DNA of 48,257 nt, filler included, from Sphacelaria rigidula (GCA_964200075.2; 2 parts of 2 records of this genome joined end to end with filler, not necessarily neighbours in it), one strand, 5' to 3'. Shown: positions 24,567 through 38,600, counted from the whole stretch's first letter. A program made the numbers and translations. Notes: generated by a model from the letters alone, not told the origin.

Positions 24567-27500
24567 CTGAACGATGTGGTCACAGCAACAGCATCGCCCG
24601 CTAAGCATAACAGAAACAGTTCATCTTCGACCTTTGCAGTAGATGGTCAACGTGACCGACCCACCGCGATACCCAGAGAACTGGTGCCCCATCCACAACG
24701 TACACAACCAGCAAACGAACATGCGAAAAAATCCAGCACCTATTCTCCACAGGCCACGCACCCCGCCACAACTGACGGCGGCAACATTGGCCCAGAACAC
24801 AAAACCGATCCACCGCCTCGAATAGATGCTGTGTACGGACGCCTCGCAGGTACCTCGGTTGGAAGGGAAGAGTCGGCATTGGGCTCCTTTCCAAGCGACG
24901 AAGGCAACGCCGACGAAGGCAGCGATCGTGTCACGGACTCACGCCGGCAGTCATCTTTCGCCCCCTTCGCTCCTCCGTTGGTGCGGTCTGAGTAACGTTG
25001 GGTGCTGCGTGTTCAGACCAGAAAATAGAACGAGCGCCGGTCGTTACCCGATGTCCACGAAAAAAGAAATTGCGATGGACTTCTATTGCATCAAAAGCTG
25101 ATGGTCGAAAAGGGTTCCATGTAGAGTTGTGAACTGGCTGCCAGCTTAACTCACCAGTTACAGTTAACTGGTGCAACTGGTTAACTGGTCGGTTTTGTAA
25201 CCAGTTGAACCAGTTGTTTCACCCGGCATATGTCAAATACTCCAAAGTGTTCTCTGTACATATGTTTCATACTCGAGTAAATATTTCTGAAGTATTGTCG
25301 TACTACAATGACCGTGGCGATGCTGTTACAGAGGCGAGTACATGACCGCACAGCGCACACACCTGGACGTAGACACGAATATCGAAGGCAATATATTCTA
25401 AGGTGAAAAACAATACAGATTGGGCACCGACAGCACAGTTGTTGATTGAGCGGATCTGAAATGTGAAGCAAAAATGCGTTTCGAAACGTTGTTGGGTGTG
25501 CTTTGCTTTACTCTATCGGCATCAAGCGTTATGAGCGTTCAGGGGTGGCTGGTGAATGCGATACCGGAGCATGAGGAAGAGTCGAGGTTTCTGTTAATTT
25601 TTCCTGGTTGATAAACTCACACTCAATAACGTTACCAAGTTGCCGTGCTACCAGTAGTTCCTGGCGCTTGGGTGGTACACGCGGAATGCTATGTATGCTG
25701 CACTCCTGTCTCATCGCTTCGTTTTTGAATTCACGTCACAAAGTTCAGTGATATTTCTTTTTCCTTCATGCATATTTTGTTTGGGCACCGATTACGTGCT
25801 CGAATTGTTGGCGCTAGACGACTAGAAATTACCGCGATTCCGAAAAGATGTGGAGCTAAATGGCGTAATTTTCTCGCCTCCGGCCGTGGGGGGTCGTTTA
25901 CGCGACTCCGCCGCAAGTTATCCAGTTTTAACTGATAACTGTAACTGGTTCTAATTTTTTGCAACCAGTTAATTGACCAAACCAGTTCACAACTCTAGTT
26001 CCATGCCTTCATATCAAGTAACGGTTAAACGCAGTAATACTGACTGCACATGACACACGGAATCCGTAAAAAAGCAAAGGCAAAAAAGAATTGGTCACAA
26101 GAGAGTGTTGGGGAGACACGTACCGCTAGCTCTGTAGTTTACCCTTGCCAGTGAAGATGATTTTCGACTTACCCAACAACTGCTACCTTTTGCGTTACCT
26201 TTGTATCCATCAAGCACAGCTGGCTGTTCTTCCGCACGCTGCTGCGCCATCCGTATCTCAACGAGTACGAACATTTCTGGTCATGAAATCGCTCGTGCAT
26301 GTTGAAAAAATCACACGGAAACGAGACCACGCTATCGCACGGCAAAGAGGTCTTCGCTTCAAAAATTTTGTACGTGTGCCACGAAGCACGAGATATGAGT
26401 AAGACATAGCAAAGCAGAATCCTTGTTTTTCATGCGGCACTAGCCGTTGACGTTCATCGCAGTACACTTCTGCACGACAAAGTACCGCAGCAGTGCCGCC
26501 TGGGCTACACACCGCTTGGAACTTGGGGAACAAGCCCTCATGACCAACAGTCGAGGGCACCGGGCCAGGGACTGACGACGAGCTGGGCCAGCTTAAAAGC
26601 GGCTAAAAGTTGCTCACACCACAGCATACCCAGTTTCCAAAATGAACCCTATGTAAGCATATCACTGTGAACTGCAGACCCACCTGATTACAAAGGACTG
26701 CGTCGCTGTTCGATTGGCGTCGTATTGCCGATGACGTTATTATACCGCATAGAGTACGGGGTGCGCCTCATATCGTTGGGCGATAGTTTCTTTTTCATGC
26801 GGCGGGTTTACGTCAGTAATCACCCCGCACGGGGTATTAGTGGGGTGCAGCAGCGTCACGCAAAACGTTGCACGCACGACTCAATTCGACAACTCTTGAG
26901 CTGAAACTTCAGGAAGATCTTCTGCACCCAAGGAAATGATACGTTCTGTGAGCAGCTGCAGATTCTCATTTTTTTTCTGAACTTATGAAATTATCTTACT
27001 TTTGCTGAAATTTTAAATTCCCATAACTTCCTTATTATTATTATTATTATTATTTTTTCTTTGCTGCTCACGTGATATTCTACATGTCGATGTGAAAAGT
27101 CTGCTGTCAAAATTTCAGCGTCCAACTCCTAATATCGCACCGTGCGTCGCGTGAGCGAGAAAACCGCCCATTGTTGGCTGGCCCAGCTCGTATAACAACT
27201 GCGTTTTGTTTCATTTGTAGGTGTGCATACTCTCTCGGAGGGGCGCGCGGAATATGAAAATACTGTAGCAACATAAAGCCATACCTCACGCACTACAACT
27301 ACCACAGCTGAACCCAACAGAGAATTGCGTGCCACTTTAATTTCTCTCTCTATACCTCAAGCCTGCTAACTACGGCACTATGGCCTTCCGACACACCCGA
27401 AACACAGCTGCGTAACTAGAGAGCTCACCTTCCCGCGAGCTTTGGTGTATACCGCCTTGCCACTTCATTGAGGGGAGGACGGGACGGTCTGCCCTTGAGT

Positions 27501-30500
27501 AACGGCCTTTTCCGCGCGGGTAATTCTCTCCAGTCCTTAACAAACTCTCCGGCCACCTGTACAAGTAACGATACCAGCGACGGGAGATAGCACCGCTGGG
27601 AACAACCTATCGTGTGGGGTGGCGAAGAACAGGTATGGACATGATGACACTGTGTGTACTTCGAGTACGCGGTAGTAATTGTGTACGTCGAAAGGGTACT
27701 TGCAGGGTGCCGCTCATCTGCGCACTCATTGAAGCCTTTACGCAGCATCGCAAAACATAACGCGATATTCCAACAACAGCAACACCAGTGCATGTCCAGT
27801 CGTGGTAGTATGGACAGACAACCACACGATGAAATCGGGGCTGAATTGTGAAGAAACACCACATAACAGTTCAAAGACCGGAAGAATGGTCGCGGCGGAC
27901 AAACGCAAATATTGGCCCTGAAACATACACCACGACATACTTACAAAAACAACGGTGTATGTCTAGTTCTGGAAATATAGACAACCAAAACGACGAAAAC
28001 AGGACTGTATTGTTAACAAATAGCGCGTTATGCTCAAACACCGGAGGATAGTCACATAGGACAGACGCAGTCGGGCGATGATACTGGCAGACCGCTATCT
28101 CACCGACAGAGCAGGAGCGGAGCGCAGTATTTCCGGCAGTGTTCGGAGAGCATCCCTGGTCAACGCCTGCAAAGGAGGCACAATCGACAAGATGCTGGTG
28201 AACATGGCTCTACGTTGACATACCTCGTGCGACGGTATTCCTGGAATTCTGGGGTTCGTCACCTCGCACGAGCATTCAAAATGAGTCAGTCATCACCAGA
28301 GTCCACATCACACTCTAAACAACTATATATGGCATACCTGACAACGGTACACATAGCTTAGCCGCTCTACCTGTGAGCATACAGCGCGGTATTCCGCACG
28401 AATGCATTCATGGGGCGGTTCCGAGGATTATGAAAGTGTGGCAAACACATGTATGTAACCCTTGGCCGCCAAAACCCGCAGCCACCTCCGAAGAGTCTCG
28501 CTTGCATACCACACACTCATCTATTGAGCATCTGCCTATAACGAGCCTCTACTAGTTCACGGCACCAAGCACTCGACAGTGAACGTTGGGGCCAACCTGG
28601 ACCTTGGCAGCATCACCCCCGTCCGACCAGCTCCTCGCCACCTCGAACAGCCTGTCCAGGTCCTCAGGGCGGAAATTGCACCTGTATCATTGCATCGCCA
28701 TATCTATCGTCGCTCACCACGGCAAATTCAATATGTTTTCCACAGCTCACTCACAGTATCGTGACGAGTCTCATGACATCGTCAAGTAGCACATTGTCTT
28801 CGCATTGTTAGATAACATCACACCGTGAACCCCTGCCTACCAGAACATCAACACATTGCGACCCTCATGAACATAAGAGAGCATGTCATTTCATCAACTC
28901 AAGGTGAAATTGAGCACCACAGTGAAGCATCTCAGCAGGTAATCGGCGTATGCACAGAACAGTCAGAACACAACACGAACCTGCAGTGTACGGGCCGCCT
29001 GTCTTCGTCCTCTTCTCCATCAGCACCCAGCGTCTCAAGCATGCCGTCACCGTCGTTAGCTCCACCCCTCTGTGCCCTGTACACGTGAACTCTCCCAGTG
29101 TTATCGCTGACCTCAAACAACAACTTACTCGCCAAGCGTGCATCTTCTTCACCCTTCCTCCTTTCCTCGTCAGCACGCCGTCTTTGCGATAACAACTGCG
29201 ACGATAAAGCGGGGGACGCAGTGCCCCCACAATCCACTCCACTCCCTCTGCCACGATCGCTTTCGCGGATGGCAGCTGACGTAGCCTCGCCAGAGGCGCC
29301 GCAGGCGCCGGAGATATTGGCCGGTGCCGCTGGGTGGTCGATATTTTCGCCATCATCAAAAGCGTCGTACAAGTCGAGAGGATCATCACCGTTAAAATCT
29401 GCACGCGAGTCGTCGTATAAGTCGACGTGGGCATCTACGGGAACGTCCGCTGTGTGGCTGTCGTTGATTTTATCAGACATCAGCGGGTCAGTCGCAGGCT
29501 CGTTTTCCTCCTCCTCAATCGCGCTCAGGTCCACCACCTCCGGCGGGGACGACGTCGACAACTCCTTGTCTCCCTCGGATCTCCTGTCCCCAACGCTGTT
29601 TCCACCTATTTCTTCATGTTCTTCTCCATCTTCATCTTCATCCCTTCCCTCCTCTTCTTCTTGTTCCTTCTCGTCGCAGAGGGCGTCATCCCCGTCGGAA
29701 TCACCTTGCACCCCCGTCCTGACACATTCCATTCCTGACCGGTTCGATGCGGCGGTTGAAACGGCACCTGTCGCGGCCGTCTCAACGGCACTCGAAGCTG
29801 CGGGTGAAGCGGCAGACCGAGATGCAGACATAAACCTGCATTCGGTCGACACGGGTGCATCAATTGATGCTCGGCATGCTCGGGAAGACGCGGACGCGGA
29901 GCGGCGTTGAGGAGGTGGTGGGGGGGTAGCTCGCTCCCACTCGCCCCACGACATAAACATGCTCGTGCTGCTACGCCGCTTGCCACCATGCGCGGAGGGC
30001 GAGACTGTGCTGAAACCCGTACTGGGATACTTCGCCTTCAGAGTACCGCCGAGGTTACAGGCAGAAATTGGGCTAGATGTGATAGCAGCACGGGAGCGCT
30101 TGCGGCTAGGGGATTTGACAGGAAATCCCTTGTCTCTCGTTCCTCCTGCTGATTGCCGGGCTGGCTCGTGCACCAGGCAAACCTCTCCGCTGGGGTCAGC
30201 ATCACCGGAGCAAGGATGGGTTGCGGTTGCCCCGGATCTTGCAGCGGCGGTAGCATCCACATTGCGCCTTGTTTCCTTCGACCTGTCCGCTGCGACATCA
30301 TTTTGTCGGCGTGTTGCCTCGACGCCACTGCTGCGTACTGCCCTGTTGCGTTCCATCGAAGTCGTGCTCTCCTGGCTGCTAAAGAAGTCTTCCATAGTCT
30401 TGGTCTTTGTTTTTTGGTCTTTCGTCTTGCCTGTGGCTTTCTCCTCGCCATTGCTAGTGCTTCTCCCTTTGGCTGGCGTTTCTGGCTTGAGCCCGGCGGG

Positions 30501-32610
30501 TGATTTGGCGATGGCACGTAGCAGCTTCAAAGTAGGGGCTGGCAAAACATCGTACGGTGTTGCCACGGTCGCGGGAGAGGTCGGCGGAAAAGGAGTAGTA
30601 GCTGAGACAGGTGTATCACAGTAGCGCATCATGTTCAAGCACTCAGAACCGTTGAAACTTTCCCCCATGCTCAACACAGCTCTACCAACTGCAGCAGTGC
30701 TTGTAAAGATAGGCATTTCCTTGTCTCAAATGACCTACGAATTTTCATGATTAAACTAACCACACCAACAGTTTTCGGCCGTCGCGTGGATATTAATTAC
30801 TGTATTCGAAAACACTGACATTGAGAGGCGCTGTGGGTGTCGACGGACACAGGCGTTAAAAGCATAGCTGCCACTTCCGCGTCGAGGCCCTCTTTCATAG
30901 GCTCGGGTTCATTCACATCGCCATCCCCATCCCCATTGCCCTCGTCGTCGTCGCTGGCGTGGTCCGAATCTTGCTCAAATGTGTGGTTGTTCCTAATTCA
31001 TCCGACGAGAGAAGGTCAAGGGGGGGCGGCGACGTGGCGTCACGAAAAAAACCCCTCTGCCGACCATGTGTTGGTCGTGCATCGACAGCAAAAGTGTCAT
31101 CGGTTGTACCACGGAACCAGGACGTATTTACATCGTCAGGCAGGCAGAAAGCCTCGCGACACAAATGTGTCGAAAAAAGCGCGAGAAAGAAAAGAGGATA
31201 CTTGGCGCGAAAACGTGCGCCCACGAATCGACCTCGAGAACATGAGTGCTACCGGCGTGTGCCTTTGCAAAACGAACACTGGAGTACTCGCTGTGTATGG
31301 CGAGGTGCACGGGATAAGTTACGATAACTCATTGAACTTCAATTACTTTGGCTGCGGAGGTATAGTAGCGCTCACTTTGCAAGACATACATACAAGAGAA
31401 GACTTACAAACTCAGCCACACTTTGCGACTCGGCTGCCGCGAGTCTGGTGGACGCCAACTGTGAAACTCACCCGCAGAAGTGCTTGTAGTGATCCTCTCC
31501 ATCGGCAAGGCCTCCTGCCTCGAACACGCGATGAACGTCCATATTTTCAGCATCTGCCGTGCCGTTCACAACAGACGACTGGGCCGTCAGCTTCCTGCGA
31601 CAGCGGAAACACAAAACCGCACACGGTGCGGTAGAGGGCGCCAGTGTCCATGTCAACAGGCGTTCGCGCTTCTCTTGTTTGTTCCAGGATGCCCTTCGTT
31701 GCGCCGACAACGCGTTACAACAGATGCTGCGCGTGACCGACACGCTCATGACTAAGTTGGGATAGGCCTTGCAAGCTCCGCTACTCTATTTCTTGTGGAT
31801 GCCGTGCAAAAAGACACCGATGTGTTTATTCCCTAGGTACGCTGGACAAAGGGTTCCGGTTCGACGATCTCTGGTGTTTCGCACGCAGCAGCCCTGACTG
31901 CGCATGTCAGTCTGCTTGCGGTGTTCCGATAAACTCCGCTGAAAGTAGCCACGGCGGACGGTATCAGACGGATGCGCCATTACTCGAAATTTTACGATGG
32001 TCCATAATGCTCCACTCACTCGCTTAGGTGTAGCCACCTCATGTCGTCGTGGCTTCCTGGGGGCAGCACAGTGAAGTACACGTTCACGCTCTTTACCTGC
32101 GGCATCACATTCACGGGATTGACGATCACATGGACAGCGCGTCGTGCCCTCAGAATCATCGCCGTGACTGGGGCGAGCGTCAGACTCCGGCAGTTGTGAT
32201 CACCAAGATAACATGATTGTCTCACCCGTGTCGCCAACGTTAATGGGAGTGTTCTGTCGTCTCCGACACTTCTTGGGTTTCACGCTTTCTATTGCAAGTC
32301 TCCGCATACATGAAAGGATATACTGTGCTCGCACTTTCATGGAACATATGCTCATACACACAATCCCCCTGAAAAGGAAACAGCGACTCCTCTCAAGCAA
32401 GCTTTCCGCACGTCTGCGTGCAAATGATCGCTTCTGTCACTGGTATGCACCATATATCACGGTGAACCAACTCTGGTTGACCGGTATATTGGTTTCGTCC
32501 GTTTCTGACTATCCTCACTTAGAATACCCCTGCTGCTAAGTGGTGAAACATTTTGGAAGCAGGTTTGATACTACTTAAAAGTGATCCATCTACAAAGTAC
32601 AACACAAGAG

Positions 32611-32645
<35 letters not shown>

Positions 32646-35600
32646 ACCGCCGCACCACGCCCCCCGCCCCGCGCGAGCCCGCCCCGCAAAACCTACGGTA
32701 CACGGCGTGTCGGCGGCNNNNNNNNNNCTACAAGAAAAACCCCAAGGCACCCCCCCCCCCCCCCGCCCTCCCCCACAAAAGTGAGGGCTGCACTTTCCTG
32801 CATTCCGTGCGTACCCTACAATAATAGTAGCGGGCATAGATGCTGGCAACGACAAAACCATGACTCAAGAGCGGTAACATGTGTAGCTCTGGCCACCCAC
32901 TATTCTCGTAATGAAAACGATAGCAGCGCAGAGTTCCGAGCAGCAGCACGGCATGCTCTAATACCTGGCGCCTCCGATGCAACCTGTCCTCTGCTTGCCT
33001 CAGCCACGCCGGACTTTCGGGAAGCTCAACGAACACCACGTTGCTCGCTGCAGTGAAGTCGAGTCCCTGACCCCCCGCCGTGATGGAAACGAGCAAAACT
33101 CGGCAATGGTCGTTCTTGTTGAACTCGTTGAGTCTGCTGGCCCTGTTGGTTCAATGCATCAAGAAGTCATCGTGCGATACAAGAATAGAAAAAAGTTGAC
33201 CGCTGAATCATTTGCTCCTACGTGAGGTTCGCTGCCCTGCCCGCCCAGCCAGTAAAAGCTCTGATGGTGTAACGGGCGAGATGGGAACAAAAAACAAGCC
33301 CTGCGAAATACAGACACGAGCTGTTCGTACGGAGTAGTTCACCTTTGAAAGTTGATAATGCCGGTTCGGTGAGTAACAAGTATTTGTCCACAAATGCAGG
33401 GCGCGCGAATTGCAAGCTAAGTAGATGGGAGAGCGCGCACCCCTACTTTCTGCGACTGCCTGTACAGCGTGGGCAGTACAAAAAACTACTACACAATCTG
33501 ACCCGTCAAAGATTGTAGACGGACTTATGATAAGATAGCCGATAATGTATTTACTTCGCTCACTTGACACTTGAATTAAATCATACCTCAGTGCAGTGGG
33601 CACCTCCCCGTCGATGCGCAGGCAGCCAAAACCGCTGTTATCTGCATCGCCGCCGTTGCTTGCCGAAGCAGTTGCACTTTGCCCTTTCCGCGGCATGCCA
33701 GCAATCTCGAGCGACTGTTGGGCAAAAATCAAACAAACTGTCACTACTATCAGGAGGAACAAACTCGATGCACGGGCGCAGAGCATCTGCAGTTCCCATG
33801 CCGCATGCCGCAAGAAGCGAAAAGTCAATCCAACTCACTGACTCGACAACGCAAAGGTACAGCTGTGAACACTAAACACGGCAATTTTTGCGGTCTCAAG
33901 TTCGCACACTATTTCTCCCTTGTGTTTCCTCGACGTCTCTCTCCTCGTCTTTGTTTTAGGTGTTTTTTATTGTTCGTTCGGTGTGTGCCTTCTCTGGAGG
34001 TCTCCGAAGAAACGATGAGAACCGCATTTCTTGCAAAGAATAGTAGGAATGGTATTGGAAAGATAAGTCTACGTCTGTGACCGCGGGTTCGAGAGACCGG
34101 GCTAATATGCGAAAACAACGATAACAAGAACAACAACAACAATGCTACCATGTCTACTACTGATAATAATACAGGTTCGTACGTATCATCCCGATTGCCA
34201 TGGTGGCACCCAAATCATGGCACATGATAAACTCACCTCTTGAAGTCTATCGAGAACGATCTTGTGGTGCGCAAACACGACCACCTTGGTGTTGGTCTCC
34301 TCCGACGCCGACAGCTTGTCCACAATCCACTCAGACGCGGATCTCACCTTTCACCGTCAAGTATCATCATATTCAATCAAAGCAGCGTGTACCATATTGG
34401 TCGAGCGGCCAGCGAAATTGTGCTCTCAGTTGACCATCAACGTCTACCGCGCACGCAGAGTAACGGCCGCAGTGATCCATTCCGCGTTGCAGCGTACGCT
34501 TCAAAATGTCGATGGAATGGATTTTTCGTCAAAGGTGTCTGAGTGACCGGTGTGGCCCACGTGCAGGCGGGCCTTGACGATAAAAATGAGGCGTTGCCTT
34601 TACCATTGTCGGCCTTTGGCATATCCCTCCCAGCCACCATGAAATCTCATTGTGTAAATTTGATAGTCTCTACAGGTATGCCACATACGGCCAAGCGTAC
34701 CACAAGCACATCACTTATAACATGTCAACACAAGCAGCAGAAAATCGTTTTACCTGAGCTACATGCCAATACCCCCAGCCATTCCGGATCGGCTTTTCTA
34801 CTGTACCCCGGACCATGCTGTTCGCCAACCAAAAGAGTCGACGCAACTGGGACACGTACGCGGAAAGAACCCAGCCAAGTTAAATATTGGGGTAATGCAC
34901 ACAACTGCACGCCCAAGTTGAAGGTTCGCACCAAGAAAAAGCGAATGAGGTCAACCAAACATGTCAGCACTACCAAGTGTTGGGAGACAAGCACACCGAA
35001 ACCGCGGGCGATGCAAGGCAATCGAATTCGAACCCCACCTTTTTTAACCCAGCTTGCTGGTCGTCGCTCATTAGGCGCAACCCGGCCCGCCATCCCGACC
35101 CGCCCGAGGCACGACTGCCAGGGTCTTGGTGCGCTTCCTCGCTACCTCCATCCGTGTTATCGTCGTAACCGCCTGGCCAAGCCAACAGTCACAAGAAAAA
35201 CATCCAAACAGTGAGCAAAACACTATCCAGCCAACCAACACTCAACGACATCAACTCAACATGGGGACCTTGAATGTTTCATCACCTCTCACTTCTCGAT
35301 CTTCCAACATTCGCAGTTCACGCGAAACGGTTGACACCAAAATGCATGATTTTCGAAGATGAGAAGGATAACAAGAAAAAACTGAACATGGCACAATAAG
35401 CACACGGCAGTGCACAGGTCACATCGGGGGTCAAAGTCACCGCGCACACAAAAAACGACTGCACAAGGATGTACGGGAGGCGAGAAAACACTCCTCCACG
35501 ATACAAGAGACAAACCCAACTCACGCCTGCTTGAATGAACTTTCTCTCTGCAACCTACCTCACACAATAGGTAGGAACCTGAAACGTACTTCCTTCGGGC

Positions 35601-38600
35601 GATACTACTTACAATCCCTCATTTCCACCACCTATAGGAACTTCCGGAAGGGTTTTTGCCGCACCTTCTTCAAGCGCCCTCTTGAGGTTCTCGGAGTGCT
35701 CGGCGACTCGAACCACTATCCGCCTGGTGATGGTGGACAGCATGACAACGACAGCATGAAACCGCATGTTGCGGAGGGATCCACCCGGTTGTGCAAAACG
35801 CCGCGGCAAGGCTATCAAACGAGCAACAACTAGAGAGAGAACATCCCAGATGCATGTAGAAAATGCTGGGGAGTGCATCAGCACGGATCAGTAACCCTCG
35901 AGCGCGTCGGGCCATGGTGGAGAAAAGGCGTGCTCAGGATGTGGGTAAACATGCGCTTGTCATGGATGCATCACGCGAGCATGTATACAGCTGTACTGCA
36001 AGTACCGCAAACAGATTCTCAAAACGTTCCGTGTTGTGCGCCTTAGCGTTCCAGATAGCCCCCATTATACGCGGCGAATTCCCCTCAACGTCCGGTTAGA
36101 TCAACTCCTTCACAACCCTCTTGCGTCGCATCTGCTACCGTGTTCTAGTACGCTAGGATGCGAGTTGGTTGCGAAGGTCAGACGTGAACAACTGGGCAAT
36201 ATATCCAGCAAGGCCACTTAATACGTTCAGCGTTGTAGTATAGCAGTGTCGAACATTGGTAAGAGTATGCGAATCACCTGAGAGGAGGCAGCTGGTCGAC
36301 CACGTTAGCCTTGAGTCTGCGGATCATGACCTCGTTTGTCAACAGCAGATTTAGCTCATCCGCGTACTCACAACCCGAGATAAAGGGCACGTGAACAACA
36401 TTGCCCCCCCTCGAGGTCTGCTCACGCCTGATCACGAAGGGACAGGGGGGTAAAATCAATCATGTTTTGAGCAGTTGAGATAGAATAAACTGCGCAAGGT
36501 GTGTGTGTGTGTGTGTGTGTGTGTTGAGTAAACAGGACGGCAGATGTCAGTCGACACAAACGTCACCACTGGGCAAACAGAGTATCTAGATTAGCCTGCA
36601 AAACCGTTCGAGATGCTAATCGCACCCCAAAAAGTGTCCGGGCTATTCGACGACACCATACTAACCATAGACAACTCATATATTGCCTCCTTTCCCCCCC
36701 CAGGATGCTCCACCTGGCTCCACCTGGTTATGCAGTCCATCCTTTTGATGGATAAGTCGTGCGTTCAGGTGAAGCCCTCCCTGTTCAGACGCTACAAACA
36801 CCTCCACCCACACCGTTGGCGCGGAGCCGGCAGCACTGGCTTTTGTGTATTGATTTTGAAGCATACCCTCGAAACCTGACAAAGACAGACGTTTTCCTGT
36901 TTTTTTGTGCTGACCGCTGGACGTTCCCTGAAATGGCCACAGCAGCTTTCTGCATTCGGGTTAGAAAAACACAACGCAAAAACCAACGCTCAATTTGCAC
37001 ATGTCGCCGAGGAGAACCGGGCTGGCAAAGCCGGCCCCTCGATGGAGTGTCCCGAACAACACACGAATAGAGGGGGCTGGGGCGGCAACATCGTTGGAGA
37101 GGTCTGGTGCGAAGTACTTGTCTTTCGTGGCGGGTGTGTGTGTGTGTGCGTGTCCGCCATGGATTTTTTTCACAGGGTAACCTACTTCGTTTTGGTGTGT
37201 GCGTGCGTGTTCGTCATTCGATCCTTGTCATCTGATTGGCTTGCTCGATCTTTCCACGAGGAAGATCCACGGTACTTCATGAACAAAAAAAGCCCTACAT
37301 GCTTGGCGCCCGAATAGCATCTCCAACGGCAGTCCCTTTTACCTGCAGGTGATGTAGCGCCAAATCCGATCACTCAGCACGCATGCTGGCCATGCTAACC
37401 TCGCGAGGCTGCTGACTGGTGGAGTCAGCGTATGCGCTACACACACACATCAGACCATCGGTGGTGTATACATCACGCGCCTGGGATACGAAGCGCATCC
37501 GCCTGGTACGCACTGGTGCCGCAAAATTGCCGAGGGGCAGTGCATACCCTCCACAATACCAACAGCATGCTTTCACCCTTTTATCAGGGATCCTCAAAAT
37601 GAAACTTGCGCACCATATCAAACGAGTTCGACATAAAAATCGCTCACCACAGCTGAGTCAGCGCAACAACTGCGAAACAATCGCCCAGCCTTTTGAGAAA
37701 AAAAAAAAAAGAAGAGGGGAATTCTTCATGGACATGGATAGTGGCGAACATACACGTCACACCATTGATCCTGGGCGAAGCAGCGAATACGCACGGCATC
37801 CGAAGAGTAATAGTCATACAACAGTAAGTTATCCCCACCTTGCCCCCTGGCAGTAGTTGGAGGCGAAGTCGTACTTTGCTGTGTGACTTGGAGGTCGCCC
37901 TAGCAGTCCGGGTGAAAGAGCTTCGACCTGCATGCACGTGCACCGAATCACATCGACAAATGGATTGAAGACACATCAACCGCCTTTCATCACAATCCGC
38001 ACCTCACGAAGAGACGAGGGCGAGAGTAACCTGGAAAAAAAAACAGATCAACTCTTTCCCACTCATGAGTAATCGCGGCTACACCTCTCCGCAACCATGG
38101 CGAGAAGTGCGCACACGTTAATACTCACCACGACTTATGGAGGGGACGAACCATCGAGCGGAACATCATCAACAACGACGGCCGGTGTCAACGCTCCGAC
38201 CGACCAATCTGGCGACGTCGAAGTATTCGATACGCAGACACGGCACACGTGTTCTGACCTGGTTGAAAAGATCGAACGGCTTGGAGAGGGACGGCGTGCC
38301 GGACAGCAGAACAGCGCGCGTGGCCTTCGCGACCACACCCAGGCACACGTTGACCTGCTGCGACTGCGCGCTCTCGTCACCCAGCTGCAAAATTCACGAT
38401 CCAACATTTTCGTGTGGAAACGGTCGTTACCGTTTTTTATCGCAGCTTCAACACTGCAAAACATGACACGAAATTACGCAACATCTCATGGTGAGGCGGA
38501 GGCACAATAATGCGAATATACATTTCGGCCAAAGTGGTGTAGTTTATCCAAACCATACCGATACAGGAGACCGTAAGCAACTCCTCACCTGCCAGTCTAC

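Noticed and set aside
24853..24987. Extra helicase exon (RTNGGAKG...PTE)
   Set aside because: Needs a different frame in the preceding exon; the direct join LMDTK|VLCLFC fits the family pattern better. Not excluded.
25313..25362. Exon encoding VCALCGHVL
   Set aside because: Lies inside the hAT MITE; the relevant CxxC is supplied by exon 24477-24566.
29098..30624. Long plus-strand ORFs (270 and 221 aa) as an antisense gene
   Set aside because: Shadow ORFs of the GC-rich low-complexity helicase exon.
32600..32780. Proline-rich ORF or G-quadruplex tract
   Set aside because: Poly-C runs flank an N gap; probably low-quality sequence. The same applies to the poly-G at 43597-43765.
35613..35664. 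Longer exon version using donor TT|GTAAGT
   Set aside because: Phase 2 leads to a stop in the next exon; the phase-1 donor at 35665 was preferred.
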